This document shows, one piece after another, positions 1-8,656 of a DNA stretch of 64,000 nucleotides. The position numbers were made by a program, and so were the translations under genes. The stretch is from an uncultured Actinomycetes bacterium. GTDB lineage: Bacteria; Actinomycetota; UBA4738; HRBIN12. The stretch covers positions 521,763 to 585,762 of the forward strand of contig CAWGFO010000001.1 of the NCBI GenBank assembly GCA_963821925.1. The letters run 5' to 3'. Each line of letters starts with the position of its first letter. The first letter of the stretch is position 1. The notes below the pieces were generated by a model that worked only from the letters and a program-made list of their open reading frames with translations, made no database searches and had not been told where the DNA came from.

Positions 1-283
1 CCCCACGTCCGTGCTGCTGCATCCAGTCCACGAAGAGGGGCACGAAGACCGAGGTGAGGATCCCGCCGAGGGCGAGTTCGTACAGGATGTTCGGCGTGGT
101 GTTCGCGGTCGTGTAGGTGTCGGCGAGGGCGCTGCCGGTCACGCCGATCGCCGCCACCTGCGCCGAGAGCCGCAGGAAGCCCGTCACGCGTGACAGGGCC
201 GTGCCCGCGGTCATGACCGCCGCGTTGCGGACGTAGCCCGCGTCCTCGGCGGCGAAGTCGACCGGGTCGGGAGAGGGGGTCAT
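1..283 (-). CDS. murJ: Lipid II flippase MurJ/MviN, N-terminal part (runs off the window)
   Basis: Manual translation from ATG at 283: MTPSPDPVDFAAEDAGYVRNAAVMTAGTALSRVTGFLR...ADTYTTANTTPNILYELALGGILTSVFVP, the typical MurJ N-terminus. ATGA overlap with the upstream gene stop at 280-282. Confidence 0.9.
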   Translation of the reverse strand, partial: MTPSPDPVDFAAEDAGYVRNAAVMTAGTALSRVTGFLRLSAQVAAIGVTGSALADTYTTANTTPNILYELALGGILTSVFVPLFVDWMQQHGRG

Positions 284-2346
284 GTCCGCCGTCGGACCAT
301 CCTCCTCACCCAGAGTCCTGCCAGGAGCAGCGCCGCCGCCCCCGTGATGATCAGGGCGATCCGGTTGACCGCCGTCACGCGCACGACGAGCTGCTGCTGA
401 TGCAGCGGGAGGTTGTTCGGGGCGCGCGTCACGACCTCGATCGTGCCCGGTCCCGAGCCGGTCGCGATCACCCGGAGGTTCACGATCTGGTTCGGGCCCG
501 TGAGCTGAACCGTCTGGCGGTCGCCGTCGGGGAACGTGAACCGCGAGGATCTGAACTGGAGCTCGACGGTGATCGGGATACCGCCCGGGTCGCCCATCCG
601 GATCGGGATCGTCCCCTCCCGGGCCGCGAGCGTGAAGCTCTGGCTGGTGTCGGGCGCGGCGCGCTCGAACAGGGCCGCGGTCACCGCGTCGACCTGGGCG
701 ATCCATCGGGCGCCCGCCGGCAGGTCCTCGACGTACTCACCCGATTCGGCCATCAAGAGGTTGCGCCGCAGACGGTCCGGGGTGGACGACCCCGGCTTCA
801 GCATCGACGCGTACCCGTCCACGCGACGCCGGGCGTCCCTGATCGAGTCGGCGTAGGTGCGCGGGAACGAGACCTCGGAGGGCGCGGCGAGGGCGCTCGT
901 GTCGCCCACCGGGAACTCCTGGTGCACGAGCTGCCGCGCCGTGACCCCGAGCAAGAACGGAGCGTCCGCGAGCCGCCGGGTCAGCGGCCCCCAGATCCCC
1001 GCGGGAAGATCGGCGGGCAGGTCCACGGCGACCCCGCGCACCGCGGGGGGGACCGGCACGGGCATCTCGCGCCAGATCGTGGCGAGCGCGCCCAACGTCA
1101 CCTGCGCCGCCAGGATCGGGTCCGCCCGCAGCGTGGGGTCAGCCAGCAGCTCCGCTACCCCGGGGTCCGGCAGGACGGCGTCGACCTCCTCGCCTCCCGT
1201 GGTGGCGAGCCCCGCGGTGGCCAGCGGCGTCCCGGTGTTCGGCGCGTCGGGACGATCGATCGTGTCGGGGTTCCCGAGGATCGTGTGGATGCCCCGCGCC
1301 CAGAGCGTGGCGATCGTCGGATCGTCGAGCGCGCCCGCCGGTGGGCGAAGCACCTCACGGGCGGGCGGGGTTCCCATCGTCGCGGCGACCGTCTGTCGGC
1401 CGAACGAGAGCTGGGTGGTCAGGTCGGGAGCGATGGCGGTCGCCAGCAGGGACGGCAGGAGCGGCGCCGAGAACGGCATCGCCGAGGGCTCGACCGCGGG
1501 GTCCTGCACGAGCCGCGACAATCCCTCGAGCGCGCGGGTCGCGTCGCGGGCGCCCGGTCCGTCCGGGCCGACCGAGGAGCCGTCCGTCCGGGTGTACCCG
1601 TCCCGCATCCGGGAGAGCTGCTCGAGCGTCGAGGGCTGGAGCACCAGGTCGAAGGCCGCCGCCCGGTCGGGGTCCTCCGCGATCCGCAGCAGGGCGGCGA
1701 GCTGGGTCGAGAGCGCGCCTCCCTCCGCGATCGAGGCCTCGAACCCGGTGTCGGCGAGACGACCGTCGGGGTCGAAGGCATTGGGCGCAGCCACCTCGGC
1801 CCACCACGAGAGCCGGAGCGGCTGCTCAGGCTTGCGGACCAGGTGGATCGCCGCCGAGTTCAGGGACGCGAGCGGCACGCCGCCGCTCCGGAGATCGACC
1901 TGGAGCGGGTAGACGCCGGAGTCGATCGTGCTGACGCCACCCACGGTCGACAGATCGAGGTCGTAGGAGAAAAGGCGGGGTTCCCCGGGCACCAGCTCGC
2001 CCTTCTTCGAAGGGGTGTCGCCGAACACGGGGAAGGATCCGGGCCCGGTGTCGAGCGACGCTCCGTACAGGGTCCGCGAGCGGATCGTGGGGCCGAGCGT
2101 GATGCCGAACTGCAGATCGCCGATCGGCTCGGTCCCGTCGTTCCTCGCCTCGATCGTGACCGACAGCACGGGATCCTTCAGGGTGGTCCAGGCCGTCTGC
2201 GCCACGAGACGGAGCGAGACGTCGGTCTGGTCCTGCGCCCGCGCCCCCGGCGCGCCGGTGAGGCACGGCACGGCCGCGAGGAACAACGAGAGGAGGGCGC
2301 GCGAGACGCGTCGGGTGGTCATGCCCGGCCCATCGTAGCGGCCCAC
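280..2346 (-). CDS. Secreted/membrane-anchored DUF6049 (Rv3909-like) protein
   Basis: 688-aa ORF with signal peptide (RRVSRALLSLFLAAVPCL..ARA), Ig-like C-terminal region and C-terminal TM helix plus basic tail; directly upstream of murJ as in other actinobacteria. True start may be the later ATG (MTTRR). Confidence 0.7.
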   Translation of the reverse strand: MGRYDGPGMTTRRVSRALLSLFLAAVPCLTGAPGARAQDQTDVSLRLVAQTAWTTLKDPVLSVTIEARNDGTEPIGDLQFGITLGPTIRSRTLYGASLDTGPGSFPVFGDTPSKKGELVPGEPRLFSYDLDLSTVGGVSTIDSGVYPLQVDLRSGGVPLASLNSAAIHLVRKPEQPLRLSWWAEVAAPNAFDPDGRLADTGFEASIAEGGALSTQLAALLRIAEDPDRAAAFDLVLQPSTLEQLSRMRDGYTRTDGSSVGPDGPGARDATRALEGLSRLVQDPAVEPSAMPFSAPLLPSLLATAIAPDLTTQLSFGRQTVAATMGTPPAREVLRPPAGALDDPTIATLWARGIHTILGNPDTIDRPDAPNTGTPLATAGLATTGGEEVDAVLPDPGVAELLADPTLRADPILAAQVTLGALATIWREMPVPVPPAVRGVAVDLPADLPAGIWGPLTRRLADAPFLLGVTARQLVHQEFPVGDTSALAAPSEVSFPRTYADSIRDARRRVDGYASMLKPGSSTPDRLRRNLLMAESGEYVEDLPAGARWIAQVDAVTAALFERAAPDTSQSFTLAAREGTIPIRMGDPGGIPITVELQFRSSRFTFPDGDRQTVQLTGPNQIVNLRVIATGSGPGTIEVVTRAPNNLPLHQQQLVVRVTAVNRIALIITGAAALLLAGLWVRRMVRRRT

Positions 2347-2349
2347 CCT

Positions 2350-3114
2350 TCAGCTCCGGAGCAGCTCGAACGCTTCCGAGATCCCGTACGCGACCGCCAC
2401 GATCAGCAGGAACGACCCGACCGCGAGGCGGAGCGTGCGCTCCTGGGTCCCGAGCGCGATGCGGGCCCCGATCAACGCGCCCGGCACGGCGCCCAGCGTG
2501 ACGGCCGCGAAGATCGCCCAGTCGATGTGGCCGAGCGCCGTGTGGACGATCGTGCCGGGGATCACGAGCACCACGATCGCCAGCAGCGAGGTGCCGAGCG
2601 CGCGCTTCAACGGCATGCCCAGCCAGCCGGCGAGCAGCGGCACCATGATCAAGCCGCCGCCGATCCCGAGCAGGCCGCTGATGAACCCCGCGGCGAGGCC
2701 GATGCCCACGTACGTCCAGGTGGTGGCTGCACGTCCGGGCTTCTGCTCGGTCGCGTGTCGGCCCCGAAAGATCCCGACCGCCTGATACGCCAGGAGGAGC
2801 GCCGTGACCACCAGGAGCAGGTGGGTGTCGATCACGTCCGTGAGCGCAGCGCCGACGGCGGCCGCGGCGATCCCGGGCACCGACATCCAGAGCGCCGCGC
2901 GCTCATCGATCTCCCCGGCCCTGCGGTAGGTCAGCGCCCCGGCGATCGCCGTGGGCAGGATCACCGGGAGCGGCGTCGCGAGCGCCACGATCGGCGCGGT
3001 CCCGAGCAGGACCTGGATCCCCGGAGTCATCACGATGCCGCCACCGACCCCGAAGAGTCCCGACAGGATCCCCGAGACGAGCCCGATCAGCACGGCGACC
3101 AGGACGTCGGTCAT
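2350..3114 (-). CDS. Sulfite exporter TauE/SafE family membrane protein
   Basis: Two repeats of G-x2-SGLFG-x-GGG (GILSGLFGVGGG, GFISGLLGIGGG), multiple TM helices, A-x-GTSL motif. Confidence 0.88.
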   Translation of the reverse strand: MTDVLVAVLIGLVSGILSGLFGVGGGIVMTPGIQVLLGTAPIVALATPLPVILPTAIAGALTYRRAGEIDERAALWMSVPGIAAAAVGAALTDVIDTHLLLVVTALLLAYQAVGIFRGRHATEQKPGRAATTWTYVGIGLAAGFISGLLGIGGGLIMVPLLAGWLGMPLKRALGTSLLAIVVLVIPGTIVHTALGHIDWAIFAAVTLGAVPGALIGARIALGTQERTLRLAVGSFLLIVAVAYGISEAFELLRS

Positions 3115-3758
3115 CGCAGGAGCTCGGCGGCGCGCCCGATGACCTCGCGCTCACCGCGGTAGGCGGCCCGCTTCATCGCGCGCTCGAGCGGGAACCAGCG
3201 GATCTCCTCCATCTCGTCGTCGTGATCGGCCGGGTCGCCGCCGGTGTGCCGCATCAAGAAGAAATGGACGGTCTTGCGGATCCGGGTGTCCTCCCACACG
3301 TAGAAGTACTTCGTCTCGCCGAGCGACGCCTCGATCTCGGCCGTGAGGCCGGTCTCCTCCTGGACCTCGCGGACGGCGGCCTCCTCGTGGCTCTCGCCTT
3401 CCTCGATCCCGCCCTTGGCGAGGCCCCAGGCGAGTTCCCCTCGCCGGGTCCGGCGCGACGCCAGCACGACCTCGATCCCGTCGTCCACGCGACGGTAGAC
3501 GACCCCGCCCGCCGACACCTCCTTGTGGACCGGGCCCTTACCGGGGGTCTTGGCAGGCGGCTTCCTCTTGCGCCGCTTCCCCGTCGTCTTCCGGGCGGGC
3601 CGGGCCTTCGGCGGGGTCTGCGCCTCGGTGGTGGGTTCGTGGGCGTCCGTCGACGTGGGCTGGGTCGCCGCACCAGGCTGGGCGGGCTTGCGCCGGCGAC
3701 GCCGACGGCGCCGTCGTCCCGACCCGCCGTCCGCCGCTCCGCCGTCCTGCGTTCCCAT
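3111..3758 (-). CDS. NUDIX hydrolase, MutT4-like, with Arg/Lys-rich N-terminal extension
   Basis: Complete Nudix box GGIEEGESHEEAAVREVQEETGL; nine consecutive Arg near the N-terminus; syntenic with DUF6049-murJ. Confidence 0.88.
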   Translation of the reverse strand: MGTQDGGAADGGSGRRRRRRRRRKPAQPGAATQPTSTDAHEPTTEAQTPPKARPARKTTGKRRKRKPPAKTPGKGPVHKEVSAGGVVYRRVDDGIEVVLASRRTRRGELAWGLAKGGIEEGESHEEAAVREVQEETGLTAEIEASLGETKYFYVWEDTRIRKTVHFFLMRHTGGDPADHDDEMEEIRWFPLERAMKRAAYRGEREVIGRAAELLR

Positions 3759-3876
3759 CGCGGGCGATTCTAGGCCGCGCGCTCAGGTGCGCCGGGACGA
3801 CGACCGATGTGTGTTCGGAGTGCGCCTCGCTGGTGGCGGGCGCCTGGACGCAGTGAACGGGAGCGACGAGGCCGGT

Positions 3877-4989
3877 ATGGACATCAACGAGCTGCTCAGG
3901 TACACGGTCGAACGAGGGGCGAGCGACCTCCATCTGAAGGTCGGGAACGTCCCGTTCATCCGCGTCGACGGCGCGCTGGATCCGACCCCGTTCGCGGCGC
4001 TCACGGCCGCGGACACCGAGATCTTCGCCGACGCGCTGCTCACCGAGCACAAGCGGCAGGAGTTCGCGGACACGAACGAGGCCGACCTCGGGTACACGCT
4101 CACCGGGGTCGGCCGGTTCCGCGTCAACATCTTCCGGCAGCGCGCGGTGATCGGGCTCGCGGTGCGCCGGGTGCGGTCGGAGGTGCCGACGTTCGAGGAG
4201 CTCCGGCTGCCCGACGTCATGCCGACGCTCGCCGACTCTCCGAGGGGACTGGTGCTGGTCACGGGGCCGACCGGAACGGGCAAGACCACGACGATCGCCG
4301 CGATGATCGGTCACATCAACCGGACCCGGCGCGCCCACATCGTCACGATCGAGGATCCGATCGAGGTGATGCACGACGACATCCGATCGATCGTCCAGCA
4401 GCGCGAGATCGGGATCGACACCGGGTCGTACGCGTCGGCGCTCCGTCACGTGATCCGACAGGACCCCGACGTGATCTTCATCGGTGAGATCCGTGACGCC
4501 GAATCCGCGCTCTCGGCGATCCAGGCGGCCGAAACCGGCCACCTCGTGATCTCGACCCTGCACACGATCGACTGCGTGGAGACGATCAACCGGGTGCTCG
4601 ACCTGTTCCCGCCGCAGCAGCAGAAGGAGGTGCGGACCTCGTTCGCCGGCTCGCTCCGCGGGATCGTGTCGCAGCGGCTCGTGACGCGCGCCGACGGGAA
4701 GGGCCGCGTCCCGGCCGTCGAGGTGCTGGTGAACACCGGCCGGGTCTTCGACCGCATCGTCGACCCCGACAAGACCGATTCCATCGCCGAGGTGATCGCC
4801 GAGGGCGACTTCTACGGGATGCAGTCCTTCGACCAGTCGCTCGTGCAACTCGTCAAGGAAGGCCTCGTCGAAGAGGCCGAGGCGCGCCGGACCGCCACGA
4901 ACCCGCACGACTTCGACCTCCGGCTGCGGGGCGTGCTCGACCGCGGGTCGGCGCTCCCGGCCGACGAGATCGCCGGGCTGCCCTTCTAG
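3877..4989 (+). CDS. pilT: Type IV pilus retraction ATPase, PilT/PilU family
   Basis: ASDLHLKVG start, Walker A GPTGTGKTTT, Asp box TIEDPIE, Walker B DPDVIFIGEIRD, His box AAETGHLVISTLHT, GMQSFDQSL. ATG at 3877 chosen over the longer ORF. Confidence 0.9.
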   Translation: MDINELLRYTVERGASDLHLKVGNVPFIRVDGALDPTPFAALTAADTEIFADALLTEHKRQEFADTNEADLGYTLTGVGRFRVNIFRQRAVIGLAVRRVRSEVPTFEELRLPDVMPTLADSPRGLVLVTGPTGTGKTTTIAAMIGHINRTRRAHIVTIEDPIEVMHDDIRSIVQQREIGIDTGSYASALRHVIRQDPDVIFIGEIRDAESALSAIQAAETGHLVISTLHTIDCVETINRVLDLFPPQQQKEVRTSFAGSLRGIVSQRLVTRADGKGRVPAVEVLVNTGRVFDRIVDPDKTDSIAEVIAEGDFYGMQSFDQSLVQLVKEGLVEEAEARRTATNPHDFDLRLRGVLDRGSALPADEIAGLPF

Positions 4990-5366
4990 GCGCGCCCCAC
5001 TCCTCCCGGCAGCTCGCCGGCCGCCCGCTGCGCCCGGAGCTCCATCGGGTGACGCCGGTACCCGTACGGGATCGCGAGCACGACGTAGACGGGGATGAAC
5101 AACGGCCCCCACGCGCAGTACTGGCGGATGTGATGCCGCTCGTGCGCAAGGAGCGTCCCCGTCACCGGCCGGGCCGACACGATCACGAACCCGATCGTCA
5201 TCGCGGCGCGGTTCGCACGCGGCATCAGGGCGGTGACGCCTCGTGGGGATCGGTCGAAGATCAGCGCCCCGTCGGTGAGGCGCGGGAGCTGGAACGTGAG
5301 CAGCCCGACGACGAGGCCGAGCAGGGTGTTCGGCAGCGTCCAGATGAAACCGAGCCAGGTGGGCAC
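4986..5366 (-). CDS. Small hypothetical membrane-associated protein with HExxH motif
   Basis: 126 aa; WTLPNTLLGL hydrophobic start, LLAHERHHIRQY motif, Y-x2-HP-x-E-x2-A; TACCGT -10-like hexamer 6 nt before the GTG. Confidence 0.65.
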   Translation of the reverse strand: MPTWLGFIWTLPNTLLGLVVGLLTFQLPRLTDGALIFDRSPRGVTALMPRANRAAMTIGFVIVSARPVTGTLLAHERHHIRQYCAWGPLFIPVYVVLAIPYGYRRHPMELRAQRAAGELPGGVGRA

Positions 5367-5461
5367 CCGCGGACGGTACCGCGCGGCCGTCTGGGACGAG
5401 GCTCGTCCCCGGCAGGTTCGTCCCCGGGGCCGGGAAGGACCGAGGGTATCCTCGTGCCGTC

Positions 5462-6868
5462 ATGACCGAGCCCACATCGCCGCCCGGGGGCGCCACGATC
5501 GAGGTCGACCCGCTCGCGGACGAGCTGGGCGCCCTGTTCGAGGCGGCCGGCCACCAGCTGTACCTCGTCGGGGGATCCGTGCGCGACCTCGTGATGGGTC
5601 GGGACCAGGGTGACGAGGCCGACCTGGACTTCTGCACCGATGCGGCGCCCCACGAGACCACGCGCGTGTTGCGCCCGTGGGCCGAGGGGATCTACCTGGT
5701 CGGTGCGAGGTTCGGCACGATCGGCGCCCGCAAGCGCGGACGGATCGTCGAGGTCACGACGTTCCGCGAGGACGTCTACGAGGAGGCGCACCGCAAGCCC
5801 GCGGTGACGTTCGCCAAGGACATCGAGACCGACCTCTCGCGCCGCGATTTCACGATCAACGCGATGGCCGTCCGGCTGCCGGGCGGCGGGTTCGTGGATC
5901 CGTTCGGCGGGGTGCGGCACCTCGCGACGAAGACGCTCGACACGCCGCTCGAGCCGGAGCTCTCGTTCGCGGATGACCCGTTGCGGATGCTGCGGGCGGC
6001 CCGCTTCGTGTCCCAGCTGGAGGTCACGCCCGCGCCCCGCGTGGTCGAGGCGATCGCACGCATGCGGGAGCGCCTCGCGATCGTGAGCGCGGAGCGGATC
6101 GGCGACGAGCTCGTGAAGCTGCTGAACGGCGCCAGGCCGTCGGCAGGGCTCGAGCTGCTCGTGGAGACCGGCCTGGCCGATGAGTTCCTCCCCGAGCTGT
6201 CGGCGCTCAGCCTCGAGCAGGACCCGGTGCACCGGCACAAGGACGTGCTCCGCCATACCTACGCCGTGGTCGAGCGGTGCGAGGCCGAGCCGACCGGGAC
6301 GCTCCGCCTCGCCGCGCTGCTCCACGACATCGGCAAACCGAAGACGCGCGAGATCACGCCGCAGGGCGTGACGTTCCATCACCACGAGGTCGTGGGCGCC
6401 CGCATGGCGGAGGCGCGCCTGCGCGAACTGCGGTTCTCCAACGCGGTGGTCGACGACGTCCGCACGCTCGTGGAGTTGCACCTGCGCTTCCACGGGTACG
6501 GCGAGGGGTGGAGCGACTCGGCCGTGCGGCGCTACGTGCGCGATGCAGGTCCTCTGTTGGACCGGTTGAACCAGCTCACGCGCGCCGACGTCACCACGCG
6601 CAACGAGAACCGAGCGAACGCGTTCGCCCGGCTCCAGGACGACCTGGAGGAGCGGATCGCACGGCTCGCCGAGCAGGAGAACCTCGACGCGTTGCGCCCG
6701 CCGCTCGACGGGCGTCAGGTGATGGAGCACCTCGACCTGCCGCCGGGACCGCAGGTCGGCGAAGCGCTCGCCTTCCTGATGGAGCACCGGATGGAGCGCG
6801 GCCCGATCGAAGAGGCCGAGGCCTTCTCCCTGCTCGACGGGTGGGCGAAGGAGCGAGGACTGCGCTAG
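5462..6868 (+). CDS. cca: CCA tRNA nucleotidyltransferase with HD domain
   Basis: YLVGGSVRD, DLDF, DLSRRDFTINAMA, DDPLRMLRAARF, SAERI-x2-E, then the HD domain (HKDVLRHT...AALLHDIGK...HHEVVGA). Confidence 0.95.
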   Translation: MTEPTSPPGGATIEVDPLADELGALFEAAGHQLYLVGGSVRDLVMGRDQGDEADLDFCTDAAPHETTRVLRPWAEGIYLVGARFGTIGARKRGRIVEVTTFREDVYEEAHRKPAVTFAKDIETDLSRRDFTINAMAVRLPGGGFVDPFGGVRHLATKTLDTPLEPELSFADDPLRMLRAARFVSQLEVTPAPRVVEAIARMRERLAIVSAERIGDELVKLLNGARPSAGLELLVETGLADEFLPELSALSLEQDPVHRHKDVLRHTYAVVERCEAEPTGTLRLAALLHDIGKPKTREITPQGVTFHHHEVVGARMAEARLRELRFSNAVVDDVRTLVELHLRFHGYGEGWSDSAVRRYVRDAGPLLDRLNQLTRADVTTRNENRANAFARLQDDLEERIARLAEQENLDALRPPLDGRQVMEHLDLPPGPQVGEALAFLMEHRMERGPIEEAEAFSLLDGWAKERGLR

Positions 6869-6875
6869 CGCTAAC

Positions 6876-8072
6876 TCAGATCGCCGAGGTCTCTTCGTCG
6901 TCCGGGAGGTGGTCGGCGGCCAGGCCCTCGCCGCCGGCGCGGCGCACGTCGAGGGCGACCGTCACCGCGAGCACCACGAAGACGATGCCGGTCAGACCGG
7001 CCGGGGGGACGCCGCGGCCGGCGAGCGCGGCGGCGAGCAGCAGCCCGATCGCGATCAGGCGTTCCGTCATCACGCCGTCCCAGGCGTGGATGTTCGCCGT
7101 GTGGATCGCCGCGAGGGCCAGCAACACCGCGGCGGGACCTGCGCAGAGCATCAGTCGCGTCGCGAGCGAGAGGCCGTGGTCGGCGTGCGCGCCCGCCTCG
7201 ATCGCGAGTCCGACGCCGACCGCCGTGGCCGCGATCCCCGCGTAGGCGAACAGGTGTCCGTAGCCCCAGAGGAACGCCGCGGCCGCACGGTCGCGCGAGA
7301 GCGCCGAGGATGACACCGTCTCGAAGTACGCCCACCAGATCGCCGCCGCGATGCCGAAGCCGAGGAGCGCGGAGGCGACGGAGCCGCCGTCGAACGACAC
7401 CTCCCCGAGACCGGCCGTGACGGCCACGACACCCTCGCCGAGCACGATGATCGTGAACAGGCCGTACCGCTCCGGGATATGCGTCTGATCGAACGGCTGA
7501 CCTCGGTACGCGCGCACCGCGAAGACCGGCGTGATCATCAGCTCGAGCACCGCCCCCGCCCAGACCCAGTAGCGGAGCGGGGGGTCCACCGCCAGCGAGG
7601 CGAGCATCAGGACCCCGCCGATCGCGGCGCCGATCATGTAGTTGCGCACCAAGCCCCGGGCCTGGCCGGCGTCCGGCCGCACCCGCAGGAACATCACGAT
7701 CAGCAACCCTTGCATCGCGGCATAGGCGAGCACGAACTGCCGATCGTTCGTGCCGTGGAGGACATCGGGGATGCCCGAGGCGAGGATGATCACCAGGAGC
7801 ATCGCCACGAGCGTCGTCAGGCGGTGGAACAGGTCGTCGTTGTCCCAGGCGGTCGCGAACCACGTGAACTCCATCCATGCCCACCACACGGGCACGAAGA
7901 GCAGCGCGAAGTGCCAGAGCCCGGTGAGCGAGGGATCGGTGTGCAGCCCGTCGGCGAGGGCGGCCACCGCCGCCACGAAGCACAGATCGAAGAAGAGCTC
8001 CAGCCACGTGCTCGTGCGGTCTCCGCTGTCGAAGTCCCGCATGGGGGCCGGACGGAACCACCGGCCGGTCAT
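6876..8072 (-). CDS. ltrA: Low temperature requirement protein A family membrane protein
   Basis: TWLELFFDLCFV, WW-x-W-x3-TWF, HIPERYGLFTIIVLGE, WW-x-YF motifs. Confidence 0.9.
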   Translation of the reverse strand: MTGRWFRPAPMRDFDSGDRTSTWLELFFDLCFVAAVAALADGLHTDPSLTGLWHFALLFVPVWWAWMEFTWFATAWDNDDLFHRLTTLVAMLLVIILASGIPDVLHGTNDRQFVLAYAAMQGLLIVMFLRVRPDAGQARGLVRNYMIGAAIGGVLMLASLAVDPPLRYWVWAGAVLELMITPVFAVRAYRGQPFDQTHIPERYGLFTIIVLGEGVVAVTAGLGEVSFDGGSVASALLGFGIAAAIWWAYFETVSSSALSRDRAAAAFLWGYGHLFAYAGIAATAVGVGLAIEAGAHADHGLSLATRLMLCAGPAAVLLALAAIHTANIHAWDGVMTERLIAIGLLLAAALAGRGVPPAGLTGIVFVVLAVTVALDVRRAGGEGLAADHLPDDEETSAI

Positions 8073-8109
8073 GACCGCGTCGACCCCCGGCGCGATCGGC
8101 GGCCGGTGT

Positions 8110-8511
8110 TCACGCCGTGTCCGCGCGGAGCCCGGCGAGCCGAAACACCGTGGCGAGCGTCCCCGGATCGCCGCGCCAATGCGCGGTCACGGTCTCGCGG
8201 CCGGCCCGTTTCACGAGGTGGCGCAGCACCAGCGCCGTCACGATCAGGTCGTCGAACGGCCCGATCACCGGGACGAACTCCGGGATCAGGTCGATCGGGT
8301 TCACGAGGTAGAGGAACGCGAGCCCGACGACGATCTTCGACGCGAGCGGGGTTCGCGGGTCGGCCAACAGGCCCCGGAAGAGCGCGAGCACGTCGGGGAT
8401 CGCGCGCGCCAGCTTCGCGGCGGTCATGCGCCGTCCGACCACGTAGAGCACGACGATCGCGACCGCCCACACGGCGAGCGTGATCCCCACGACGATCAGG
8501 AAAGTGCGCAC
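8110..8511 (-). CDS. YkvA/DUF1232 family membrane protein
   Basis: AFLYLVNPIDLIPEFVPVIGPFDD motif. Confidence 0.88.
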   Translation of the reverse strand: MRTFLIVVGITLAVWAVAIVVLYVVGRRMTAAKLARAIPDVLALFRGLLADPRTPLASKIVVGLAFLYLVNPIDLIPEFVPVIGPFDDLIVTALVLRHLVKRAGRETVTAHWRGDPGTLATVFRLAGLRADTA

Positions 8512-8656
8512 CCGTCAAGGGTACGGGAGGTCACTCGGTACAGGCGTCGAGGTGGAGGATCGGGGTCGCGCCCATCCGGCTCACGTGATCGAACGAAGAG
8601 CGAACCGCGGGCGGCAACCGCCCGCGGTTCGCTCGCGCCCGTTACGCTCGGCGGGC

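Noticed and set aside
400-3162. 920-aa plus-strand ORF, and similar long ORFs at 3538-5661, 8642-10552, 21754-23607, 44638-46359 and 60663-62261
   Set aside because: Antisense or off-frame shadows of real genes; Arg/Gly/Pro-rich with no motifs, as expected from stop-codon scarcity at high GC.
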